Below, piece by piece: positions 1-10,723 of a stretch of 64,000 nucleotides of DNA. The stretch's first letter is position 1. Each line of letters begins with the position of its first letter. Source of the stretch: Candidatus Parcubacteria bacterium. GTDB taxonomy: Bacteria; Patescibacteriota; Minisyncoccia; Phycocordibacterales; CAIZLB01. The position numbers were made by a program, and so were the translations under genes. The DNA lies in assembly GCA_039795875.1 (NCBI GenBank), contig JBDKKY010000001.1, positions 750-64,749 on the forward strand, read 5' to 3'. The notes under the pieces were generated by a model. It did no database searches and was not told where the DNA came from. It saw nothing but the letters and a program-made list of their open reading frames with translations.

Positions 1-87
1 GAAAGTATAATAAATATTTTTTTGGCTTTTAGCTTTATCATGGATGATATTATAGTACAGTAACTTTCTTGGTGCAATAAAAAAGTA

Positions 88-849
88 TTATGGAGTTGTC
101 TTGGTAACCGTAATCGAATATGGATCTATATTGATATTCATTGACTGGCCAAAATTGGTTTGAACCAAAAGGCCATTGGATTCGACGGCCTGTTTCCAAC
201 TATTGGTTGGACCAAATGTCCCACATACATCCCAGAGAGGATTTTCTTCTTTCTCAGCCTTATCAACTAACACTTGTCCTGGTTCTGCAGTCCAAACCAC
301 AGCTCCATCTTTCTCCTCACGTTTAGGAGTACAATTGTTACGCTCTTCGACATTTGTGATAGCGGCAATATCGGCTTTTACAATCGCTTCTGCTCCTTTG
401 TCGGGAGTTAGAATCCAATAACTTAAAATATTTTGATTATATTTTACACTGTCTTGATAACCTGCCGGTACGTTGGCTATTTCTATATCAGCTTTGATTT
501 TTCCATTTTCAGCACGGATGTTTTTATAATCAGTGGCAAATAAATCTCGACCGTGTGTATCTTTACACACACCGTATCGGAAATTGATCTTGGCACCATT
601 TTCTACCGCAATTGCAGCAGTTTGTACAACACAGGTTGGCATCTGACTCATATCTCCATCCACACCATAGTTTATGACACCACCCAATTCATTTTCAACA
701 TATGATTGCCACAGAGCAGATTGCTCATTTTCCAAAGGTTTTGTTTCTATCGTTACATCTGGTCGAGAACGCTGTATCTCTATCACTTTAACAGTGATGA
801 AAATAAGAGCAAAAACTACGAGTACTATTGTGAGAGTTTTTTTAGTCAT
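88..849 (-). CDS. hypothetical membrane-anchored secreted protein
   Basis: 253-aa ORF with an N-terminal hydrophobic anchor (LTIVLVVFALIFITV); no recognisable catalytic motif. Confidence 0.5.
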   Translation of the reverse strand: MTKKTLTIVLVVFALIFITVKVIEIQRSRPDVTIETKPLENEQSALWQSYVENELGGVINYGVDGDMSQMPTCVVQTAAIAVENGAKINFRYGVCKDTHGRDLFATDYKNIRAENGKIKADIEIANVPAGYQDSVKYNQNILSYWILTPDKGAEAIVKADIAAITNVEERNNCTPKREEKDGAVVWTAEPGQVLVDKAEKEENPLWDVCGTFGPTNSWKQAVESNGLLVQTNFGQSMNINIDPYSITVTKTTP

Positions 850-940
850 AAAGTTATGAATATTGTATCATGTTCTCTATTTTGCTTTCAGCAGCTCATT
901 CACCTTCGCCCTAGTCTTTGGATCGAAGGGGCTTGTGAAA

Positions 941-1282
941 TTACACTGCATACGTCCAAAGCAGTTTGCCAACTTGGTCGATGGCTGCTTTTGAGACAAC
1001 TTTTTCTCCTGCCGGTGTCACGACGATCTTGTCTAGCTCCGCTTTAATCAAGTTAGCGCCGTCTGGTGTTACATTACTAAACTCACTAACTTCGATGCCT
1101 TTCATGGTGCAGACTGCGTCGATGCGCGCCAACTCTGCTGCAGAGTATGTGGCAAAGATAGCTTTCATCGGACCAACAACTTCAGTCAGACGAACGCCTG
1201 GTGCGACCTCTTGTTCCTTTGCCTCTTCATTTGCACCAGCAGCACTGCCGTGACCAATGAATACTTCATATTTCATTATCAT
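941..1282 (-). CDS. hypothetical protein (113 aa)
   Basis: intact ORF, slightly GC-richer than its surroundings; no family recognised. Confidence 0.4.
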   Translation of the reverse strand: MIMKYEVFIGHGSAAGANEEAKEQEVAPGVRLTEVVGPMKAIFATYSAAELARIDAVCTMKGIEVSEFSNVTPDGANLIKAELDKIVVTPAGEKVVSKAAIDQVGKLLWTYAV

Positions 1283-1336
1283 AATGCTGTTAATTATAAC
1301 ACATTCCTGCCTTAAGGTTTAAAACAACTTTTTTAA

Positions 1337-1996
1337 CTAAATAAACTTAAAATCATCAACAAACACTTGTAAAACGTTTGTAAATTCTATTATGGCTGAG
1401 GCATTTACCTTCTCCTGATCCTCATATGCCTTACCTTCAAGGTTATACGGCCAAGAACCGTGAACTTGTCCGACTATACAGTACTGTTTTTTACCATTTG
1501 AAACTGAATAGATACTCAAATCTTCATATTGGCCCATGGCTGCATCACCCCAATTTCTCTGAAGGATTGTGAGATTGGCTTTATTTTGTCTTGGCTCAAT
1601 AACATTTGGACGATTTTCCACTATCAATTTTGGCAAACACGCACCATTCTCTTCTTGCCATACAACAATCCGGCTTTTAATATTTGTCTTTGCATCAGGT
1701 CCGTACACATACACGAACTGAGGATTTTCACTTTCGTAGAATGACCAATTTACTGTGTCAGTTTTCATATCACCAACTCTCCCTTTGTTGCTGATGATTG
1801 TAGAAAATCCAACTGTTTGGTTTGAATAGTTCTGGTATCCGGCTGGCGCTGTAGTGGCTGAAACAATTGTCGTCGTATCGGTTGTATATTCGGTGACTTT
1901 ATCGTTCTTACTTAAGAAATATCCACCAGCCAAACCAATTGCCAAGACAATTATGATAAGTAGGGCAATTTCCGTAGAGCCTTTTTTTGTATTCAT
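1337..1996 (-). CDS. hypothetical N-terminally anchored extracytoplasmic protein
   Basis: 219-aa ORF with an N-terminal TM helix (IALLIIIVLAIGLAGGYFL). Confidence 0.5.
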   Translation of the reverse strand: MNTKKGSTEIALLIIIVLAIGLAGGYFLSKNDKVTEYTTDTTTIVSATTAPAGYQNYSNQTVGFSTIISNKGRVGDMKTDTVNWSFYESENPQFVYVYGPDAKTNIKSRIVVWQEENGACLPKLIVENRPNVIEPRQNKANLTILQRNWGDAAMGQYEDLSIYSVSNGKKQYCIVGQVHGSWPYNLEGKAYEDQEKVNASAIIEFTNVLQVFVDDFKFI

Positions 1997-2164
1997 GAAA
2001 TAATCATATCATGACTTTAGACTTTCAAAATATCCTTAAAAATCAATCCTATTCGTGCTAGCACGAGTTGGCAGGCGTATTCGTGCTAGAACCGTTTATT
2101 GTTAAGACTTGTAACGTCCGTTGGGGACATTGTAGTGTGTTGTGATCGACCCCACTCGGGCATG

Positions 2165-2863
2165 TTATAAGACTAGGTAAATATCATTAACGATTTTAGG
2201 TATTTCATCGTGAATCTTTTTTAACAACGGTAACGCTGAGACTTTATCATTGAATCGAAAATCAACCCATATTTCTTTTGTAACTGTTGTTTCTGGAGTA
2301 GAAACAGGCATTTGTGTATGAGGATTAACTTGTGCTCCATTTATAAACACACCCGAGCCAAACTGTACACCACTAGGATTCCACGACACGGACCCTCCCC
2401 CGATGTGGGTAGATGTGATCCTTTCGGTCTCTGTTTTGGTTTGTGGTGTCAGTTGAGAGTGTTTTGTATCAATATTAACTTCTGCAAAATCTGCTAGCCA
2501 AGAAAAATTTTCATGGTAAGGTTGAATACTTTCGAGGTAATCGAACATCTTCTTATTTTTTGATTCCAAGCCAGGTAAATTTCTACCAATAAAGCCCTTA
2601 AAGCTGTTTATATCTACTGTCCCTTCTACTATAGGGAAATATATCTTTGTTGCCGAAATCCCAAGAACCTCTGCAACATCATGCGCACAGTAATCAAGAG
2701 CTGATCTCGCGTTTTCAAGATAATTTTTAACATCAATTTTCAGACTTGAGTCTATTTCTTTCTTTTGGAGTGACGACGTATAGAGACTCTCAATTTTTGC
2801 ATATTGAGATTTAATATTTACAACTAAGGCATCTATATCATTTTTTCTTGAAGATGTTTTCAT
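2165..2863 (-). CDS. hypothetical protein immediately downstream of tRNA-Trp
   Basis: track ORF 2165..2989 has an N-terminus that is a translation of the tRNA gene; trimmed to the internal Met (MKTSSRK...); no TM, no recognised domain. Confidence 0.45.
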   Translation of the reverse strand: MKTSSRKNDIDALVVNIKSQYAKIESLYTSSLQKKEIDSSLKIDVKNYLENARSALDYCAHDVAEVLGISATKIYFPIVEGTVDINSFKGFIGRNLPGLESKNKKMFDYLESIQPYHENFSWLADFAEVNIDTKHSQLTPQTKTETERITSTHIGGGSVSWNPSGVQFGSGVFINGAQVNPHTQMPVSTPETTVTKEIWVDFRFNDKVSALPLLKKIHDEIPKIVNDIYLVL

Positions 2864-2929
2864 ACTATTTATTATATATACCACCCTTCTCATGCGCCCG
2901 AATGGGATACCCCACTCAGGCGCCCTTGT

Positions 2930-3004
2930 TGGCGGGCTCACCAGGACTCGAACCTGGAACTGCGCGTTTGGAGTGCGATGTTTTACCATTGAAACTATAA
3001 GCCC
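2930..3004 (-). tRNA. tRNA-Trp (anticodon CCA), anticodon stem with two mismatches
   Basis: minus-strand GGGCTTA acceptor, GTTT/AAAC D-stem, CCAGG-TTCGAGT-CCTGG T-arm, TGAGCCC-G-CCA 3' end; loop CTCCAAA; anticodon stem TCGCA/CGCGC gives only 3 canonical pairs. Confidence 0.55.
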
Positions 3005-3046
3005 TTTTGTGCAAAAACCTGCACTACATCAATATAGCACAGGTTT

Positions 3047-3316
3047 CTAAGATTTTTCACCCTTGTTTTTCTTCCGAGTTCGATATGTTTTATTAGCCTG
3101 GTGATGCAAATCAGACACTAGGTCCCACTCCGTACCATCCCACTCCTCCAGAGAATCATCATTTTTTGGAAGGAAATCAATTTGGTTTAATTCGTCTTTC
3201 AGAAGCAGTCTCCGCCCTTTATTTGTCCCCACGATCTCTTCAGTCAAAAAATCTGGATTATGGAACTTATCAGTCTTTTCTAAGAAAACCCCTGATTCTA
3301 ATCGATTGATAGACAT
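3047..3316 (-). CDS. hypothetical acidic protein (89 aa)
   Basis: intact ORF between rpmG and tRNA-Trp; no TM helix, so not SecE. Confidence 0.4.
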   Translation of the reverse strand: MSINRLESGVFLEKTDKFHNPDFLTEEIVGTNKGRRLLLKDELNQIDFLPKNDDSLEEWDGTEWDLVSDLHHQANKTYRTRKKNKGEKS

Positions 3317-3322
3317 ATACTA

Positions 3323-3487
3323 TTACTTCTTTGACTCTTCAAAAATCTCTCGTTTCCGAGTAACTTTACTGTATTTTTTAAGCTTGATCTTAGGCATTGT
3401 TGAAGAACCTGCTTTACCTGACTTTCGCATGTAAATAGTCTCCCCTGTCTTTTTGTTTCTAAGCTTTACTAATTTTTTCTGTGGCAT
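3323..3487 (-). CDS. rpmG: 50S ribosomal protein L33
   Basis: hand-translated 54-aa ORF MPQKKLVKLRNKKTGETIYMRKSGKAGSSTMPKIKLKKYSKVTRKREIFEESKK, L33-like; missing from the ORF track because it is under 60 aa. Confidence 0.8.
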   Translation of the reverse strand: MPQKKLVKLRNKKTGETIYMRKSGKAGSSTMPKIKLKKYSKVTRKREIFEESKK

Positions 3488-3513
3488 GTGATACTTCTGT
3501 TATATTGATAATT

Positions 3514-3599
3514 TGGTGCGCAGAGTAGGATTTGAACCTACGTAGCCCGAAGGCGTCTGATTTACAGTCAGATGCGATTGACCACTCCGCCATCTGCGC
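3514..3599 (-). tRNA. tRNA-Tyr (GTA), long variable arm
   Basis: GCGCAGA acceptor, anticodon arm TCTGA-CTGTAAA-TCAGA, long variable arm, GTAGG-TTCAAAT-CCTAC T-arm, CCA encoded. Confidence 0.85.
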
Positions 3600-3655
3600 T
3601 CGTGCATATGACAAATATACACTTTTCTTGAGAAATTACAACCTGTAGCTTGCGA

Positions 3656-6364
3656 CTAGTCTACATCTTCAACCAGAGCCTTGACAGTGTGAGAGCTCTT
3701 GATCTTGCTCTTATGTCCCGCTGATTTGATTTCAAATTTCATTTCATTGTTCTTATCCATGTCGATAACCACCCTCGCTCCACTTTTTATACCTTCAGTG
3801 ATCATCATAGACGCCAACGGTGTCAACACCTTAGTCTGAATCAATCGTCGAAGCGGTCGCGCTCCATATTGAGGGTTGTATCCTTCTTTGGCTAGATACT
3901 CATACACTGGATCTTTAAGTTCCAGAGTAATCTCTTTCTCAGTCAATCGAGCTTGAACTTTCTTAACTTCAATATCGACGATCTTACGTATGGCTTCTGG
4001 TTTCAAGACGTCGAACAGAATGATCTCATCAAGTCGGTTCAAGAATTCTGGTCGGAAATAATCTTTGAGACTTTCCATAACTTTTTCTTTAACATCATCG
4101 TATGATTGAGAGTCATCATTTGAAGTTGAGAAACCAATATTTTTCATCTTATCGATGTATTGAGCACCAATGTTCGAGGTCATGATAATGATTGTATTTT
4201 TAAAATTCACTGTTCGGCCTTTTGAATCAGTCAATCGTCCGTTATCAAGGACTTGCAAAAGAATATTGAAAATATCTGGGTGAGCTTTTTCAATCTCATC
4301 AAAGAGAATCACTGAGTACGGTCGGTGTTTTACTTTATCAACCAAGTTTCCAGATGTATCATCGTGACCAACATAACCTGGAGGTGCTCCGATAATCTTA
4401 GAGACTGAATGTCTCTCGGCAAATTCAGACATATCAACTCGGATCAATGATTTTTCATTTTCAAACATAAAGTCAGCCAAAGCTTTAGTAAGCTCTGTCT
4501 TTCCTACTCCGGTTGGTCCAAGAAAAATGAACGAGCCAATAGGTCGGAGGGGATCGTGAATACCAACCCGTGATCGTTTGATAGTATCAGAAACTTTTTT
4601 AACCGCCTCATCTTGCCCAACAACTTGGGCTTTAAGAACTTCTTCCATGCGTCCAAGTTTTTTAACCTCTTCTTCAAGCATACGGGTTACAGGAACTCCG
4701 GTCCATCGCGCAACAACCTGAGCGATATCTGCCTCGTTGATCTCTTCTTTCAGAACTCGTTTATTGCTGTCCATTTTTCGAAGTTTCTTCAATCGAGCCT
4801 CTAGGTCTTTTTCCAACATTGGCAATTTGCCATAACGAATCTCAGCCGCTTTTCCAAGATCAGCACGTGCTTCCGCACGCTCCGCCTCTTGCCGAAGAGT
4901 TTCTAGATTTTTCTTAATCTCTTTGATGCTATTCAAAGCATCTCGTTCTGACTGCCATTTGGCCTCTGTATCTTTGATGCCATCTTTGACATCAGCAATA
5001 TTTAACTCTAGTTCCTTGATACGCTCTTTAGTGGCTTTATTTTCAGGATCTTTGAGCAATGCCTCTCGTTCGATCTCTAGGCGCATGATCTTTCGATGCG
5101 CGTCTTCAACCGCCTGTGGTTTATTTTCCAAAGAAATCTTAAGAGATGAGGCCGCTTCATCGATCAGGTCAACGGCTTTATCTGGCAATTGTCTATCCGT
5201 AATATATCGTGCGGAAAGTGATACCGCTGCAACAATAGCTTCATCGAGTATTCGTACACCGTGGAACAATTCGTATTTGTCTTTCAATCCTCGCAAAATC
5301 GCTGTTGCATCTTCCAATGTTGGCTCCTGAACATACACAGGTTGAAAACGTCTCTGCAGGGCAGGATCTTTTTCGATGTGTTTTTGATATTCTCGTAGAG
5401 TGGTCGCACCGATAGCGCGAAGCTCTCCGCGTGCCAGTGCAGGCTTCAACATATTTGAAGCATCAAGAGATCCTTCTGTTCCACCAGCACCCATGATGGT
5501 GTGTGTCTCATCGATAAACATGATGATCTTACCGTCGGCCTTCTCAACTTCTTTTAAAATATTTTTTAAGCGATCTTCGAATTCTCCTCGATACTTAGTG
5601 CCTGCAACCAGCGACCCCATATCAAGTGACAACAGTTCTTTGTCCTTCAATGATTCTGGAATATCCCCCATGGCGATACGATTGGCCAATCCTTCGACAA
5701 TGGCTGTTTTACCGACTCCAGCTTCTCCAAGAAGTATCGGATTATTTTTTGTTCGCCGTGAAAGGATCTGAATCACTCGTGAGATCTCTGCATCTCGTCC
5801 GATCACTGGATCAAGTTTGTGCTCACGTGCAAGTGCAGTTAAGTTTCGGGTATATTTTGTTAAAACTTTGGCTTTCTTTGCATCTGTTTGTTGACCACCA
5901 GACGTACCGTTAGTTTTTTGAGATTTGATCAATTCCAAAGTCTCAATACATTTTTCTTTATCAATTTTAAATTTCTCGATCAATTCTCGTCCAGGATTGA
6001 GCGAGTCAAAAAAGGCAATGAAGAGATGCTCCACTGAAACAAAGTTGTCTTTTACTAAAGCTGAGACGGCACCTGAGGCTTCGATGATCGCAGCAAGTTC
6101 TGGTGTTAGGAAAAGTTGATACGCCGGGCTCAGTGTGTTTGAGGCCTCAGTTGAATCGATGGCTTCGAAAGCGTTGTCGGCCATCAAGATAAAATCAACC
6201 TCCATCTTTTCAAGCAGAGTGGTAACCAGAGTGTCTTCTTGGGTCAAGAGTGAGGCTAGGAGGTGCATTGGCTGGACATTTGTTTGTCCTCGTTCTATGG
6301 CCAATTCGTGGGCTCGACGAATAGCCTCCTTGGCTCTCGTAGTGAAGTGATTTAAGGGTAACAT
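3656..6364 (-). CDS. clpB: ATP-dependent chaperone ClpB (Hsp100)
   Basis: 902 aa; Clp N domain, two AAA+ modules ([15 protein letters not shown] and [15 protein letters not shown] Walker A motifs) and a long middle coiled coil. Confidence 0.95.
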   Translation of the reverse strand: MLPLNHFTTRAKEAIRRAHELAIERGQTNVQPMHLLASLLTQEDTLVTTLLEKMEVDFILMADNAFEAIDSTEASNTLSPAYQLFLTPELAAIIEASGAVSALVKDNFVSVEHLFIAFFDSLNPGRELIEKFKIDKEKCIETLELIKSQKTNGTSGGQQTDAKKAKVLTKYTRNLTALAREHKLDPVIGRDAEISRVIQILSRRTKNNPILLGEAGVGKTAIVEGLANRIAMGDIPESLKDKELLSLDMGSLVAGTKYRGEFEDRLKNILKEVEKADGKIIMFIDETHTIMGAGGTEGSLDASNMLKPALARGELRAIGATTLREYQKHIEKDPALQRRFQPVYVQEPTLEDATAILRGLKDKYELFHGVRILDEAIVAAVSLSARYITDRQLPDKAVDLIDEAASSLKISLENKPQAVEDAHRKIMRLEIEREALLKDPENKATKERIKELELNIADVKDGIKDTEAKWQSERDALNSIKEIKKNLETLRQEAERAEARADLGKAAEIRYGKLPMLEKDLEARLKKLRKMDSNKRVLKEEINEADIAQVVARWTGVPVTRMLEEEVKKLGRMEEVLKAQVVGQDEAVKKVSDTIKRSRVGIHDPLRPIGSFIFLGPTGVGKTELTKALADFMFENEKSLIRVDMSEFAERHSVSKIIGAPPGYVGHDDTSGNLVDKVKHRPYSVILFDEIEKAHPDIFNILLQVLDNGRLTDSKGRTVNFKNTIIIMTSNIGAQYIDKMKNIGFSTSNDDSQSYDDVKEKVMESLKDYFRPEFLNRLDEIILFDVLKPEAIRKIVDIEVKKVQARLTEKEITLELKDPVYEYLAKEGYNPQYGARPLRRLIQTKVLTPLASMMITEGIKSGARVVIDMDKNNEMKFEIKSAGHKSKIKSSHTVKALVEDVD

Positions 6365-6455
6365 ATAAGGAGTATAGCATAGCTGTCAATCCTTGATAAT
6401 AGCAGATCATTTCTTCATAAAGTCTTAATTTAAGGGATATTTTGAGTGGTCTGAC

Positions 6456-6484
6456 TTGACATCGCCTATTAAGATTGTCATACT
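6456..6484 (+). promoter_or_regulatory. sigma70-like promoter (TTGACA-17 nt-CATACT)
   Basis: consensus -35 TTGACA at 6456; placed upstream of the GC-rich small ORF. Confidence 0.4.
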
Positions 6485-6534
6485 TTAGACCACCCCTTCA
6501 TCCCCGCACTTTTAACCCTCCACTCTCCAAAAAT

Positions 6535-6759
6535 ATGCCCATGAATCCTATCACTCGCCGTATCCGAGTGAGACGCGGTCGTCGTCAACTTAAACACTGG
6601 ACCCCACGGGTCGCAGTCGGTCTAGCTCTCGGCATCGCTCTCGCCTTTTGCCTAGATTCAATTCAAGGCATGCGACTACTCACACCGGTCTACTGGACCA
6701 TCTCGGGAATACTCCTGCTCGTCGCGATCGGGCATGATATCCGCCGGTATCGCAAATAA
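6535..6759 (+). CDS. small basic two-TM membrane protein in a GC-rich cassette
   Basis: track ORF 6475..6759 overlaps the promoter; the internal Met MPMNPITRR is the likelier start; about 55% GC against a 40% baseline. Confidence 0.4.
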   Translation: MPMNPITRRIRVRRGRRQLKHWTPRVAVGLALGIALAFCLDSIQGMRLLTPVYWTISGILLLVAIGHDIRRYRK

Positions 6760-6782
6760 CACAGAGAAGGCTCTCTGCCCAA

Positions 6783-6823
6783 ACTCCCGGACCCAAACAT
6801 TGGTCCGCGGAGTTTATTTTTTT
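6783..6823. terminator. intrinsic terminator (GC-rich hairpin plus T-run)
   Basis: CTCCCGGACC-caaacatt-GGTCCGCGGAG followed by TTTATTTTTTTA; lies between the convergent small ORF and iscS. Confidence 0.6.
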
Positions 6824-8007
6824 ATAATTTTTCCTAGTACTTTTATAAATGTCTCCACATGCCGCTTAGTTGTTCCTCTTCCCATACTGATTCGTAGTGA
6901 CGATCCACCACATTCATTACCTAATGCATCCACAACATATGAACGTGAGTCCTCTTGTTTGTTTTGACAAGTTGTTCCAGTTGATAATTCAATACCAGCT
7001 ACATCAAATTTAAATAATAAAAATTCTGCATCTAGTCCTGGCAAACAAATATTTACATTGTTTGAAATTCTTTTATCGGGATCCATAGTGCCATTGATAG
7101 ACACACTTTCTGGTAAATTTTTCTTTATATATTCTTGAAAACTTCTCAAGCGATTATTTTCTTTTTCTTTATCCGCATGTACGAGTCGCAAAGCGGCAGC
7201 AAAACCAACAATACCAGGTAGATTTTCAGTTCCTGGCCGTAGATCAGACTCTTGAGCGCCGCCGAAAAATATCTTATGTATAGGAGTATTTCTCTTGATA
7301 TATAGACATCCTGTGCCTCGAGGACCGTATATCTTACCACCATCAAGCGTCAGCAGGTCAACACCCATCTTGTCAATCTGCATGTCAATATAGTTGGGCG
7401 CCTGACAGGCATCAGTATGAAAAATAGGATAGACACCACCCTGTTCTTTCCTGTATTTTCGAATCAAACTAGCGATCTCGGAGATTGGTTGAATAGTACC
7501 CAATTCGTTGTTAACCAACATGACAGAAACCAAAGCAATATTTTTGTGAGTTTGGAGGATTTCTTTAAGTTCTTTTAAGTCGACTAGGCCATCGGCGTCA
7601 ACTCCGACAAAACTGGCTGTGATTTTACTTTCTTTGATCAGATTCTCTACCAGCTTCTTTACTGAAGGATGTTCGATAGCTGTTGTGACTATATGAGGTA
7701 ATCCTACACCTTTCCAGGCCTTAAGTACCCCTTGAATCGCCATGTTGTTTGATTCGGTACCACCACCTGTGAAAATAATCTCATCAGAGTGAACGCTGTT
7801 GGCAGAAACACCAGAAAGGATAGCCGAAACATCCTTTCTCGACTTTTCTAGGTACTTACTAGCCTGAACCCCTGCGTCATATAAAGATGATGGATTATGC
7901 CAATGACTTTTCAAGATTTTGTTCATGATCTTGACCACCCTCAAATCTACCGGTGTAATAGCGGCATAATCGAGGTAAATCTTTTGGCCAAAAATCCTTG
8001 AAAACAT
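6814..8007 (-). CDS. iscS: cysteine desulfurase (class V aminotransferase, IscS/NifS-like)
   Basis: N-terminal IYLDYAAITPV, SNNMAIQG, TTAIEHPSV, PLP-lysine region HTDACQA; 397 aa. Confidence 0.9.
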   Translation of the reverse strand: MFSRIFGQKIYLDYAAITPVDLRVVKIMNKILKSHWHNPSSLYDAGVQASKYLEKSRKDVSAILSGVSANSVHSDEIIFTGGGTESNNMAIQGVLKAWKGVGLPHIVTTAIEHPSVKKLVENLIKESKITASFVGVDADGLVDLKELKEILQTHKNIALVSVMLVNNELGTIQPISEIASLIRKYRKEQGGVYPIFHTDACQAPNYIDMQIDKMGVDLLTLDGGKIYGPRGTGCLYIKRNTPIHKIFFGGAQESDLRPGTENLPGIVGFAAALRLVHADKEKENNRLRSFQEYIKKNLPESVSINGTMDPDKRISNNVNICLPGLDAEFLLFKFDVAGIELSTGTTCQNKQEDSRSYVVDALGNECGGSSLRISMGRGTTKRHVETFIKVLGKIIKK

Positions 8008-8023
8008 TGTATTTTCCTAAAAA

Positions 8024-10333
8024 ATGTGTATATTTACTTATAACATGGCTATCAAGAAAAACCTACAAAATACCCCTGATGAACAGGTGCCATCTGACGA
8101 TCATAAAGATGATACGGAGGACACTTTTGGTGGTGCCTTTGGAGGAGCTTTCGGCGGAGCCTTTGGAGGTGGTTTTGAAGTCAAATTTAACAGTGATGGC
8201 TCTACTTCTAAGGTGAAAAAGCAGAAAGATGAGGTAGCAGACAAGAAAGACGTCCCTCTTCGATCCTCTTCTCGAACTTTTACTGTGCAGACCGAAGCTC
8301 CAGTTATTCCAGCCAAAAAGACAGAAACCAAACAAGACGCATGGATGGACGAGATCGCCCGCTCATATGAAAAACGCACCAAAGTGGCTGAATCAACACC
8401 CGCAGTTGTTACTCCCCCAGTTCAAGCACCGGTCCACACATTTGTTGCTCCAACTCCTTTTCGATCAAAGATCTTAACAGTTGAAGAGAAAAAAGCTTTG
8501 AAAGCCAAAGAGGAGGCAAGTAAAAACACTCCCCCTGTCACCGCTCAATCAACTGATACTGACCGAGGCACAGCCTTTGCCAAAACATTTTTAAAAAAAC
8601 CAGGAGAGGTGGGTGCTGGTTTCCGAAAACCACTCAGTCCGTTTTCTCGACCGTTTCAACGACCTGACAATCGCGGACCACAAAGTGGTGGTGGATATTT
8701 TAAACGAACACCACGAGTAAAAGTTAAAAATGCTCCCACACTCAAAACTCGAGTCAGTGGAAAATCTTCTCAGAACAAACTAGAGCTAGTGAAAAATCAC
8801 AACGCTGATATCACTCGTCGCGCACCAGTGATCGCTATCATGGGTCACGTCGATCATGGTAAATCAACATTGTTGGATTACATTCGAAAATCAAATACCG
8901 TTGACCGCGAAGTTGGAGGAATCACTCAAAAGATGTCTGCCTACGAAGTGGAGCACAATGGACAAAAGATTACTTTCCTTGATACACCCGGTCACGAAGC
9001 ATTTACCAGCATGCGAGCCCGTGGAGCTAGTGCAGCCGATATTGCGATCTTGATCGTTTCAGCCGAAGACGGTGTAAAACCACAGACTCTTGATGCCTTG
9101 AAAGCAATCACAGATGCCAAGGTTCCCTACTTTATTGGTGCAAGTAAGATTGATAGACCTGGAGCTGATATTGAGAAAGCAAAACAATCTCTAGCAGAAA
9201 ACAGTGTATTCGTAGAAGGATACGGTGGTGATATTTCCATTGTACCTTTCTCAGGAAAAACTGGCGAAGGGATTGATGATTTGCTTGATATGATTCTCTT
9301 GATGGCCGATGTCGCCGATATCAGCGCGGCTCTTGATGTGCCAGCTGAATGTTTGGTCATCGAAGCCAGTCGAGATAAAGTACGAGGTATCCAGGCGACA
9401 TTGATTGTAAAAAATGGAACACTAAAAACTGGTGCTTTTATTATTTCTGGTGGCGAGGTGTCACCGATCCGAAGTATTGAAAATGCAGAAGGTAAGCAGA
9501 TCAAATCTGCCCTTCCAGGACAACCTGTACGAGTCATGGGTTGGATCGCCGAACCTCGCGTTGGAGATATGTGTGTCATGGCAGCAGATAAAGCTATGGC
9601 TGAATTGATCGCTGCAGAACAAAAATCAATACAAGATCTAGCCAAAGAGATGGATGGCACCCCTGTTGAAAAGAAGGGCGGTATTCCTGTAAACATCCGC
9701 GTACTCTATGGTCTTGATAAAGATGATACTTGGACTCTTCCTGTTGTACTGAAAGCAGACAGCGTTGGAACCCTTGATGCTTTGAAGCAAGAGATTGGGA
9801 AAATAAAATTGGAGCGAATCAATATCCGAGTGATCCGTGCTGAGACTGGAGACATCAATGAAAATGATATCAAACTTGCTCAAGGCAGTAATGATTCAGT
9901 TGTACTTGGATACAATACGAAGATCGACGCCGGTGCTCGACGGCTGGCTGAAGCCACAAAAACAACTGTCGAGACATTTGATATTATTTATAAACTGATC
10001 GAATGGACGACAGAGGAGGCGCAAAAACGAGCACCGAAAGTCCGAAACGAAGAATCTCACTCTACTCTCAAAGTACTGAAAGTGTTTAGTGCAAATAAAC
10101 ACAAACAAGTTCTTGGAGGACGAGTAGAGACAGGTACGCTATCACTTGGTAACACGGTCAAGATCTTACGACGAGAAAATGAAATCGGACGCGGTGAAGT
10201 TGTTGAGCTACAACAAATGCGTGTTGCAACGAAAACTGTCGAGGCTGGTGCTGAGTGTGGATTGATGGTTGAATCAAAGATCGAAATCGTCGCGGGTGAC
10301 GTTCTATCAGCTGTATCATTTATAGAAAGATAA
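8024..10333 (+). CDS. infB: translation initiation factor IF-2
   Basis: G domain [25 protein letters not shown], canonical domain order; N-terminal [16 protein letters not shown] repeat; alternative start at 8045 (MAIKK). Confidence 0.95.
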   Translation: MCIFTYNMAIKKNLQNTPDEQVPSDDHKDDTEDTFGGAFGGAFGGAFGGGFEVKFNSDGSTSKVKKQKDEVADKKDVPLRSSSRTFTVQTEAPVIPAKKTETKQDAWMDEIARSYEKRTKVAESTPAVVTPPVQAPVHTFVAPTPFRSKILTVEEKKALKAKEEASKNTPPVTAQSTDTDRGTAFAKTFLKKPGEVGAGFRKPLSPFSRPFQRPDNRGPQSGGGYFKRTPRVKVKNAPTLKTRVSGKSSQNKLELVKNHNADITRRAPVIAIMGHVDHGKSTLLDYIRKSNTVDREVGGITQKMSAYEVEHNGQKITFLDTPGHEAFTSMRARGASAADIAILIVSAEDGVKPQTLDALKAITDAKVPYFIGASKIDRPGADIEKAKQSLAENSVFVEGYGGDISIVPFSGKTGEGIDDLLDMILLMADVADISAALDVPAECLVIEASRDKVRGIQATLIVKNGTLKTGAFIISGGEVSPIRSIENAEGKQIKSALPGQPVRVMGWIAEPRVGDMCVMAADKAMAELIAAEQKSIQDLAKEMDGTPVEKKGGIPVNIRVLYGLDKDDTWTLPVVLKADSVGTLDALKQEIGKIKLERINIRVIRAETGDINENDIKLAQGSNDSVVLGYNTKIDAGARRLAEATKTTVETFDIIYKLIEWTTEEAQKRAPKVRNEESHSTLKVLKVFSANKHKQVLGGRVETGTLSLGNTVKILRRENEIGRGEVVELQQMRVATKTVEAGAECGLMVESKIEIVAGDVLSAVSFIER

Positions 10334-10338
10334 TTTAT

Positions 10339-10680
10339 ATGAAGAAAACTAACAACGCACGAAGCAAAGAAGTCACTCGAGGACGAGGAACATCAATTGT
10401 TCGACAACTGCTCGATCAATATATTTCTCGTAACTCTGGTGGACAATCATTGATCACCATCACATCACTTGAACAAGCTGATCGAAGCAACAACATGATG
10501 GTCCGTGTTTCTGTTTTACCTGAGACTCAGGAAAAAGCAGTGATCGATTTTCTACAACGACATGCGACTGAGATGCGAAATTATATTAAGGAAAATTCAG
10601 CCTTGGGCATGCTACCCTTTCTGTCTTTTGAAATTGATCAAGGTGAAAAACATAGACAAAGCATTTTTGAGATTATCTAG
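10339..10680 (+). CDS. rbfA: ribosome-binding factor A
   Basis: 113 aa directly downstream of infB in the conserved infB-rbfA order; RbfA-like pattern (ITITSLEQADRSNNMMVRVSVL ... LPFLSFEID). Confidence 0.7.
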   Translation: MKKTNNARSKEVTRGRGTSIVRQLLDQYISRNSGGQSLITITSLEQADRSNNMMVRVSVLPETQEKAVIDFLQRHATEMRNYIKENSALGMLPFLSFEIDQGEKHRQSIFEII

Positions 10681-10723
10681 CATCCGTGCTATATTGGCTC
10701 TGTGGTAGATCTATGCCTATATT

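Noticed and set aside
4613-6350. Multiple 60-135 aa plus-strand ORFs inside clpB, and similar antisense ORFs inside infB, the cysteine desulfurase gene, glyQS, metG and the 826-aa gene
   Set aside because: These are antisense shadows of long, confidently identified genes.
8024-8044. Upstream start for infB (MCIFTYN…)
   Set aside because: It leaves only 16 bp to the divergent cysteine desulfurase gene start; the ATG at 8045 (MAIKK) is more plausible, though both are reported.
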